A stretch of 64,000 nt of DNA, from NCBI RefSeq assembly GCF_046119375.1, contig NW_027362767.1, positions 429,102,001 to 429,166,000 of the forward strand. Reading direction: 5' to 3'. Shown piece after piece: positions 12,001-25,614 of the stretch; within the stretch, counting starts at the first letter, position 1, and each line of letters begins with the position of its first letter. The translations under genes and the position numbers were made by a program. The stretch is from Phyllobates terribilis (taxonomy: Eukaryota). The notes below the pieces were generated by a model. It was not told the DNA's origin. It ran no database searches and was given only the letters and a program-made list of their open reading frames with translations.

Positions 12001-14705
12001 GGCTCTGTGTCATACCTCTCATAGTGTCTCTTGTGATATTTCCATCATTCAGTCTCCTGACATACTGTCTCCAGGAGTCTTACAAGCTTCACCATAAATA
12101 TAATTGTTGTGGTTTGATTCTTTAGTTCTCTGCAGGGGCTGCTACAACCTGACTATATTTGCTCTTTATCTTTCATTTTGTGGTATATGTTTATACCTTT
12201 GAGTTTATTTGCTGTACACGTGTATGTGACTATTTATTCTGTTGATCTTATACCACGTTGTTATCTTTCACACATTTATTTTATTCACTTATATAGCACC
12301 ATTATTTCCACAGCGCTTTACAGACATTATCGGCACTGTCCTCATTGGGGCTCATAATCTACACTCCCTATCAGTATGTCTTTGGAGTGTGGGAGGAAAC
12401 CGGAGACCCCGGAGGAAACCCACGCAAACACGGGGAGAACATACAAACTCCTTGCAGATGTTGTCCTTGGTGGGATTTGAACCCAGGACCCCAGCGCTGC
12501 AAAACAATGGTGCTAACCACTGAGCCACTGTGCTGCCCTAGTACAAGATCACACATAGACCTGAACGTCACATTATTGGACTGTACTATATACGATACAT
12601 TCTGATATTCTCTGAAGAGCCAGATGTTTTCTACACATAGCACCTGTACTCAGTCTTACCCGTGTACTGGATGCCTGTGGAATAAAGTGTCCAGAAACCC
12701 ACCATGTACTGAGGCTGCTCAGCTGCAGGCCTACCACTCCCAGGGTGCTCAGGCTGCTCAGCTGCAAGACTACCACTCCCAGGGTGCTCAGCTGCAAGAC
12801 TACCACTCCCAGGGTGCTCAGCTGCAAGACTACCACTCCCAGGGTGCTCAGCTGCAAGACTACCACTCCCAGGGTGCTCAGCTGCAAGACTACCACTCCC
12901 AGGGTGCTCAGCTGCAAGACTACCACTCCCAGGGTGCTCAGCTGCAAGACTACCACTCCCAGGGTGCTCAGCTGCAAGACTACCACTCCCAGGGTGCTCA
13001 GCTGCAAGACTACCACTCCCAGGGTGCTCAGCTGCAAGACTACCACTCCCAGGGTGCTCAGCTGCAAGACTACCACTCCCAGGGTGCTCAGCTGCAAGAC
13101 TACCACTCCCAGGGTGCTCAGCTGCAAGACTACCACTCCCAGGGTGCTCAGCTGCAAGACTACCAATCCCAGGGTGCTCAGCTGCAAGACTACCAATCTC
13201 AGGGTGCTCAGACTATGCTGGGCAGGACTACCACTCCCAGGGTGCTCAGGCTATGCTGGGCAGGACTACCACTCCCAGGGTGCTCAGCTGCAGGACTACC
13301 ACCCCCAGGGTGCTCAGACTATGCTGGGCAGGACTACCACACCCAGAGTGCTCAGCTGCAGGACTACCACTCCCAGGGTGCTCAGCTGCAGGACTACCAC
13401 TCCCAGGGTGCTCAGGCTATGCTGGGCAGGACTACCACTCCCAGGGTGCTCAGGCTATGCTGGGCAGGACTACCACTCCCAGGGTGCTCAGGCTATGCTG
13501 GGCAGGACTACCACTCCCAGGGTGCTCAGGCTATGCTGGGCAGGACTACCACTCCCAGGGTGCTCAGGCTATGCTGGGCAGGACTACCACTCCCAGGGTG
13601 CTCAGGCTATGCTGGGCAGGACTACCACTCCCAGGGTGCTCAGGCTATGCTGGGCAGGACTACCACTCCCAGGGTGCTCAGGCTATGCTGGGCAGGACTA
13701 CCACTCCCAGGGTGCTCAGGCTATGCTGGGCAGGACTACCACTCCCAGGGTGCTCAGGCTATGCTGGGCAGGACTACCACTCCCAGGGTGCTCAGGCTAT
13801 GCTGGGCAGGACTACCACTCCCAGGGTGCTCAGGCTATGCTGGGCAGGACTACCACTCCCAGGGTGCTCAGGCTATGCTGGGCAGGACTACCACTCCCAG
13901 GGTGCTCAGGCTATGCTGGGCAGGACTACCACTCCCAGGGTGCTCAGCTGCAGGACTACCACCCCCAGGGTGCTAAGGCTATGCTGGGCAGGACTACCAC
14001 ACCCAGGGTGCTCAGCTGCAGGACTACCACCCCCAGGGTGCTCAGACTATGCTGGGCAGGACTACCACACCCAGGGTGCTCAGCTGCAGAACTACCACTC
14101 CCAGGGTGCTCAAGCTATGCTGGGCAGGACTACCACTCCCAGGGTGCTCAGGCTATGCTGGGCAGGACTACCACTCCCAGGGTGCTAAGGCTATGCTGGG
14201 CAGGACTACCACTCCCAGGGTGCTCAGCTGCAGGACTACCACCCCCAGGGTGCTCAGACTATGCTGGGCAGGACTACCACCCCCAGGGTGCTAAGGCTGC
14301 AGAACTACCACTCCCAGGGTGCTCAGGCTATGCTGGGCAGGACTACCACTCCCAGGGTGCTCAGGCTATGCTGGGCAGGACTACCACTCCCAGGGTGCTC
14401 AGGCTATGCTGGGCAGGACTACCACTCCCAGGGTGCTCAGGCTATGTAACAGTAGTCCCGACCAGCACAGCTGGTGTAATGTGTCCCAGACCAGCTATGT
14501 GAGGAGCAGCACTGTGTCACACAGCACTAGAGACTCCTATCTGCTCAGTGTGGAGACACTACAAGTCCCAGTATCCCCGGTCACTGCGGCCTGCAGTCAT
14601 ACAGGAGCTGAGCCCCACGAGTCCCCGGAACGTCACCGCCCCGATACCACTAATGTAATGTCCACACGTGGGTCTCACCCGCTTCGGAGGCTTGGAGGTC
14701 GCCAT
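32..14705 (-). CDS. WDR46: WD repeat protein 46 (BING4/Utp7 orthologue, SSU processome); 16 coding exons, 573 aa
   Basis: Exons (minus strand): 14679-14705, 10014-10163, 8336-8416, 8030-8142, 7372-7459, 7229-7290, 7041-7145, 6364-6514, 2347-2482, 2019-2118, 1784-1937, 1273-1420, 1098-1192, 916-1011, 516-629, 32-133. They sum to 1722 nt with compatible phases. Protein [18 protein letters not shown]...[11 protein letters not shown]...[37 protein letters not shown]...[32 protein letters not shown]...STLDRFKK* matches WDR46 from memory, including the BING4CT domain. Intron 2 has a GC donor. Confidence 0.96.
2811..3290 (-). mobile_element. L2/CR1-clade LINE 3' end remnant (WDR46 intron 8)
   Basis: Minus strand reads PARNLRSS...[27 protein letters not shown]...[10 protein letters not shown], typical of the L2 ORF2 C-terminus. 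It is followed by the tail TGTAAAGCGCCATGGAATAAATGGCGCTATAATAATAA. Confidence 0.75.
3868..4486. mobile_element. Non-autonomous Tc1/mariner-superfamily (pogo/Tc2-like) MITE
   Basis: TIRs CCGTATTTTTTGACTATAAGA and TCTTATAGTCCACAAAATACGC, flanked by TA on both sides; no transposase. Confidence 0.7.
5634..6295. mobile_element. Partial copy of the Harbinger-like element found at 22340-23196
   Basis: Shares GGC(C/T)ATGTGCCCACGATGCAGAAATGCTC...AAAAACGCATGC...GTCACACTATATAAATCCATGCA...GGTACCCGGGTCCGG with 22340-23196; right TIR not seen. Confidence 0.6.
9121..9292. mobile_element. 172-bp MITE, PIF/Harbinger-like (TTA target)
   Basis: TTA|GGCTGCGTTCACACTATCAGTA...TACTGATAGTGTGACCGTAGCC|TTA; a related copy lies at 46907-47110 in inverted orientation. 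Confidence 0.7.
9296..9909. mobile_element. ~610-bp MITE, PIF/Harbinger-like (TTA target)
   Basis: TTA|AGGCCCCGTCACACTAAGCGAT...ATCGCTTAGTGTGACGGGGCCT|TTA with internal inverted repeats (CGGGTTACTAGGGGCAC/CTTAGTAACCCG); second copy at 20166-20763. Confidence 0.72.
10453..10522. repeat. 21-bp tandem repeat, about 3 copies
   Basis: GAGAGGCCGGCCGCCAGCGGG repeated. Confidence 0.8.
10724..10810. repeat. 31-bp tandem repeat, about 3 copies
   Basis: TTCCAGGAGGAATAACAGAGGGACGGTTCAT repeated. Confidence 0.8.
12274..12538 (-). mobile_element. tRNA-derived SINE (V-SINE type), near full length
   Basis: Minus strand starts GGGCAGCACAGTGGCTCAGTGGTTAGCAC (A box) and has GGTTCAAATCC (B box). Central V-domain-like GTTCTCCCCGTGTTTGCGTGGGTTTCCTCCGG...TTTCCTCCCAC, then an L2-like tail TGTAAAGCGCTGTGGAAATAATGGTGCTATATAA. 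Confidence 0.8.
12712..14446. repeat. Composite minisatellite (30-bp and 38-bp units, about 50 cores) in WDR46 intron 1
   Basis: Units CTCAGCTGCAAGACTACCACTCCCAGGGTG (30 bp) and CTCAGGCTATGCTGGGCAGGACTACCACTCCCAGGGTG (38 bp). Confidence 0.95.
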
Positions 14706-14860
14706 GCTGGAATCTTGTATTCCCGGAAGTGAACAATAAAGTTACAAAAAAAAAGAAGACAAACAACACTCCGCCGTCTGTGGTTTACTTTGTACGGAAC
14801 AATAAAGTTTTCTCTTTACGTCAACTACGGGCAGCGGTGAACCGGCGCCATCTTTGGTGT
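14558..14860 (-). promoter_or_regulatory. WDR46 promoter / exon 1 region
   Basis: CpG-rich; ETS/GABP-type CCGGAAGTG at ~14723-14731; YY1-type CGCCATCTT at 14846-14854; ZNF143/SBS-like ACTACAAGTCCCAG at 14558-14571. Confidence 0.6.
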
Positions 14861-15699
14861 GGGCGAGCTCTGCAGCCTCCAGTCATTTACATTTATCATT
14901 AGGAGACAAGTTTCTTTTTTTTTCTGTTATTTCTAAGACTCTGAAATTAAATAATTAGAAAATTACATTTACCCAGAAAAAGAGCAACATATATATGTAA
15001 TATCATTGTCGCTTGTGCCACGTACATCTTGGGGCCAGATCCATGCAGCCGCCATATTGTCCAGTCCAGAACTGATATTCACAGAATCAGAAGCTATCTC
15101 CCCCCCATGTATATTCAGATTGCTGGGACCCCCAGAGATCCTGAGAACATAGAGCAGGGGCTGAGCTCAGTGGCGCTGCCCCCCACTATCTCCGGGGTCC
15201 TGTAGATGAATGGTGCAGGGGCCGAGCATTTGCAGCCCCCGCAACATTGAGTCCTGTGCTCGGGATCTCTGGGGGTCCCAGTGGTCAAACCTCACTGATC
15301 TATTATCATAGAAACAGGGGATAATGGGGTTTTCCCAAAAACGGAAGTTAAGGGGCCGTATTATCAGACAAGGCCGGAGGGGCCCCAATAAGACGCTGCT
15401 GTTCTGGCGGATGTAGCCGTCCACGTATCACATAATATTCTGGGGGGCGGCGGCCATATAATGCCCTTCACCACTTCAAGGAAACCGCCGGTCCGACCGC
15501 AGTTTCCCCCAGAATAATCAGGTAATTGCAGGCGACGGCGGGGCCGGTCAGGGCTTATACCCCAGAAGGTGACAGTCCTATTCCTAGTGATCGCCAATCG
15601 ACGTCCTGCACACAGTGTCTGTCCTACAGCTTCTCCTTACAGGACCTGCTGATTACAGACTGGACTGGAGGAGGAGTCCATGCTCTCTTATTACATTTC

Positions 15700-16535
15700 T
15701 GCTTCTCATTTGTAATCAGACCCTCACCCACAAACCTCTCCACAGTGTGGCACCCCCCTACATCTTTTCCCTCATTTCTGTTTATCAGCCTACCCGTTCT
15801 CTACGCTCCGCAAGAGACTTTCGACTAACATCTGTACTAATCCGTACCTCCCACTCCCGGCTCCAAGACTTCTCCCGAGCTGCACCTATTCTTTGGAATG
15901 CTCTACCCCAGGGTTCCCCAACTCCGGTCCTCAAGGCCCACCAACAGGTCATGTTTTCAGGATTTCCTTAGTATTGCACAGGTGATGGAATTATTGCCTG
16001 TGCAGGTGATGGAATTATCACCTGTGTAATACTAAGGAAATCCTGAAAACATGACCTGTTGGTGGGCCTTGAGGACTGGAGTTGGGGAACCCTGCTCTAC
16101 CCCAAGAAATTAGGACAAACCACAACTTACAGAGTTTTAGGCGCTCCCTGAAAACACCCTTGTTTAGGGCGGCCTATCACGTTCCCTAACTGAAGTCCTT
16201 TATATTTTTATAGCCCATTAATTATTTCTCCAAACATAAGTCTCCACCAAACTCCACCGCACCCAAAAGCACTACAAATACTGGCTGGCGATGAGCTCAT
16301 GCAGCCATTATCTATCCCTCATCCCCTCAAGATGGCTGGACCATCATTGTAAATAATAAGCCCCTGTACTTTGTCACCCCCTCCTCATTGTAGATTGTAA
16401 GCACTTACGAGCAGGGTCATCATTATTTTTGCTTTATTATCGTTAGCTATGTTACTTATGACTGTTGAATATGAACCTCTGAATTGTAAAGCGCTGCGGA
16501 ATATGTTGGTGCTATATAAATAAAGATTATTATTA
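15700..16535 (+). mobile_element. L2 LINE 3' fragment interrupted by a hAT MITE
   Basis: Encodes LHSVAPPYIFSLISVYQPTRSLRSARDFRL...RLQDFSRAAPILWNALP; ends in TGTAAAGCGCTGCGGAATATGTTGGTGCTATATAAATAAAGATTATTATT. Confidence 0.8.
15909..16094. mobile_element. 186-bp hAT-family MITE, almost fully palindromic
   Basis: TIR CAGGGTTCCCCAACTCC(G/A)GTCCTCAAGGCCCACCAACAGGTCATGTTTTCAGGATTTCC; perfect 8-bp TSD CTCTACCC at 15901-15908 and 16095-16102. Confidence 0.9.
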
Positions 16536-17214
16536 GACCCCTGCCCCACCATAGATCTATCGGGAGTGATGATAGAGAGTGCAGAGCTTTGTGGGAACAA
16601 GTCGTCAGGGCTTCCTGTACTCTGCATAACGATCATGGGTGTCGGGCCATGAGCGGGTTTGTGTTTTTCAGTAAAATTTTGATACAAGCCTGTGATTGGG
16701 CTGGATATTACTCACACACTCAGTCCTATCATGAATCATTACAAGACCCCTATGTAAGTCCATACAGCATCTCCCAGAATCTGCCGCCCCACAGTCACTT
16801 TTCCATATTTAGAATTTGTGCATTAAAATGTTGAAGATTTATATATTAAAAAAAACAAACCTCAGATTTAAGAATTCTTGGAGGAAAAAAAAGGCATATA
16901 AAAATTAATGACCAGAAATTGTCCTTTTTCTACATTGGGCTACTTATGTCGTCTGATCACTGGGCTCCGAATTTGCTTCCAACCAGTTTATCCACCAGCG
17001 GCTTCTCCTGGGTGGAGCGAGCAGATGACTGTAGTTGGTGCAGGTGGAGAGCGCACGTATCAGTCACATATCCCGGGGAGACCGTGGACATCTCGTAGCC
17101 GGCAATCAGACCCCAGCCAAGCAGGTCAGCAACTCTTGTAAGCAGCGCTCAGGTCTATGTGCCAGTCAGAGCGTTCATATCATGCAGGCACTCAGCCATA
17201 TTCTATGCAGGTAT

Positions 17215-18890
17215 GTATATTTAGAAGACTGTTTGATTCCCTGGTGCTGTACATGAGAAGGGTTACATATAAAATATAGTGCGCAAACCGTGACAGACAG
17301 GTACAGAGGGGAGAGGACATTCTACCGGACAATGGGGAAGGAGACAGCAGGTTAGGCGGTTGCGGCAGATTCAATGGGGGTGAGGTGGGTCACTGCAGAC
17401 AGTAGCTTTCTTGTAGAGATGGCTTTTCATCTTCCACCTGAAAGCTCTGAATGTGGCAGATAATCGGACGTGTTGTGGCACAGAATTCCAGAGGATGGGG
17501 GATGCTTGGAAAACTCTTGGATGCAAGTGGATGAGGAACGTATTAGCATGGAGGAGAGAAGGAGGTTTTGAGAGGACCGGAGATTAATTAAATGTTGGGA
17601 GATATTGTGAGATTAATTCGGAGATATCAGGAGACAGATTATGGACGGCTTTGTAGGTCCGTGTTAGTAGTTTGAACTGGTGAATTGGGAGCCAATGAAG
17701 GGATTTGCAGAGGAATAGTGAGGAGAGAGGTAGATTAGCCAGGCAGCAGTTATGGGCAGACTTGAGAGGTGCAATAGTGTTAGCAGGGAGTAGGGATGAG
17801 CAGACACGTGCAAGTTCAGGTTAGTCAGGTTCAACCAAAAGTTCAGTTCTGGTACCAGAACCCAAACCCCATAGAAGTCCATGGGCACCCACACTTTGGT
17901 GTTGTAAAATGGTTGTAGCAAGGTCCAGGGGGCTACTAAATGAAGCAGAGTACCCCCACAGAATCTCTCTCCAGATTTTGCCCAGAACATAGACTTCCGG
18001 GAGAAGTCCATGTTTGTAGTTCAGCACCAGACACTAGGTGTCCAGAACTAACCCTGAACTTTGATGTTCAGGGTCGCTCATCTCTAGCAGGGAGGATATT
18101 GCAGTAGTCCAGGCAGGAGATGAGGGCATGCACTATTTTAGTAGATTTAGTGTTCAGGAAAGACTCTGGAAACACTTGAGTTGGAGGTAGCGAGAGCTTG
18201 GATGTGCAGTTTGAAAGACATGAAGGGTTTATGGTTCTCTGAGGAAGCGGACCATAGATCGGTACAGGGGAAAGTAGGATGTGATTTATTGTGATAGAGG
18301 AAAAATGACAAGCTGCATCTTGTCCACATTGAGTTTTAGGAAGCGAGAGGAGGATATGGCTGATGAGACACGCTAGGATTCTAGAGAGCAGAGAGGTAGA
18401 TCTGAGCATCATCCGCATATAGGTTACTGGAAGCCATGGGACTTTGAGTTGTCCCAGGTGAAAAAGGTATAAATTGAGAAGAGTAGGGGTCCCAGGACAG
18501 AGTCTTAAGGAACACAGAGAGGGTGGGATGAATAGGTAGTGTGGAAGACGCTAAATCAGCAGTTAGAAAGCTATGAGGAGATCCAGGAGAGGGCGAGGTA
18601 TTTGACGCCAAAGAGGATTTTTAAGAAGGAGTAGGTGACTGTGTGGAAGGCAGAGGACAGGTCTAGGAGTATAGAGAATTGTCTGTTGGCTTTGGCAGTA
18701 AATAGTTGGTAATTTTGGTTAGAGCAGCTTTGGTGGAATGGTGGGGACGGAAGCCAGATTGTAGGTTGTCAAAGAGCAAGTTAGATGAAAGGACGTAGGA
18801 AAGTTTGGCATGGACATGCTGTTCAAGGAGTTTGAATGCAAACAGGAGCAGCGATATAGGGTGATAGGTGGACGTAGAACTCTGGTCAAG
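17215..18890 (-). mobile_element. Degraded L2 LINE ORF2 (reverse transcriptase) fragment
   Basis: Frameshifted remnants LLDLSSAFHTV, DSVLGPLLFSIY, LYADDAQIYLS and VHALISCLDYCNIL, followed by a 3' tail near 17215. Confidence 0.75.
17791..18086. mobile_element. 296-bp hAT-like non-autonomous element nested in L2
   Basis: Ends TAGGGATGAGC...GCTCATCTCTA; perfect 8-bp TSD GCAGGGAG at 17783-17790 and 18087-18094. Confidence 0.85.
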
Positions 18891-19552
18891 GGATGGCTTC
18901 TTCAGGACACTTATTGAAAGCAGAAGGGAAGGTACCAGAGGTTAATTGTAGGTTGAAGAGAACTGGGATAATCATGGTACTGAGGTTGGGGAGGAGGTGG
19001 GATGGGGTCAAGTGTATCTGTACAGTGCCCAGGAGTACCCTTGGCCATGGTACAGACCGCTGCATAGTAAAGCACTGGGTGCCTGCATCAGATGAACACT
19101 GCTTACAGTGGTCACTTGGCTGCTCGGTCCCGGGTCGGAGACTGATATAAAAACGCTGCTGTTTGCATGGGCCTATGTTTCATATATGTGCCATCCGATT
19201 ACAGATACCACCAGTAATCAAGCGGCACAGATATTTCTGCTAATCAATTGTATTTGAGACGTGCATTATTTGCCAAGATCTCTTGCATTTTTTACTGTGG
19301 TAAAACCCCTATAATCTGATACAATTATCCCAGCACACACTACAATGAGGTCTCATTAACAGGTTGGGACCCTTGTTCTGTGCATCCACCCTCTATCAAA
19401 CATTTATGGCGTACACCCTGGAAATAGGAGCAGAATATGTAATCCCGGCCTGTAGCCCTGTGCAGACCCCAGTAATGTTCCATGGATACATCTCCAGCCC
19501 AGAGCCCCCATGTTTAGAGAATAGGACACCGCAGATTTGTTTTATACAGAAC

Positions 19553-19558
19553 TTTATT
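19553..19558 (-). terminator. RPS18 polyadenylation signal AATAAA
   Basis: AATAAA on the minus strand 22 nt after the RPS18 stop codon; a short 3' UTR is typical of ribosomal protein genes. Confidence 0.8.
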
Positions 19559-19580
19559 GACAATAACACAGGCGGAGCGG

Positions 19581-25436
<5,856 letters not shown>

Positions 25437-25614
25437 GGCGGCGACCGCAGGGAAAGAGAGGAAAAGGAAGTGACGCGCCTCTTCTTTTATACAAGGCCAA
25501 CCCCTCTACGTCATTTCCGGTGACTGTACTCTCGGGGAGTTGTGGGGATTGTAGTCCTGGACCCGGAAGCAGAGCCGGAAGTGGAGCTGGTGCTGTGTTT
25601 TGGAGAGTCCAGAG
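25437..25614. promoter_or_regulatory. RPS18/VPS52 bidirectional promoter with RPS18 5' TOP tract
   Basis: The two ATGs are 178 bp apart, head-to-head. Minus-strand CTTCCTTTTCCTCTCTTTCC (25451-25470) precedes the RPS18 ATG. ETS motifs lie at ~25514, ~25562 and ~25575, with an SBS-like ACTACAATCCCCA on the minus strand at 25543-25555. Confidence 0.85.

Noticed and set aside
10900-12100. AT-rich stretch with probable old repeat fragments (similar pieces near 31190-31380)
   Set aside because: No termini, TSD or coding remnant that I could identify with confidence.
12573-14732. Long ORFs of 207-585 aa ([10 protein letters not shown] and [10 protein letters not shown] repeats)
   Set aside because: They are translations of the stop-free 30/38-bp minisatellite in WDR46 intron 1, open in several frames and both strands, with no recognisable domain.
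14825-14854. AAGATGGCG-started minus-strand ORF MAPVHRCP*, considered as a PFDN6 start or a WDR46 uORF
   Set aside because: Wrong strand and sequence for PFDN6. It is better explained as a YY1 motif, and uORF status depends on an unknown TSS.
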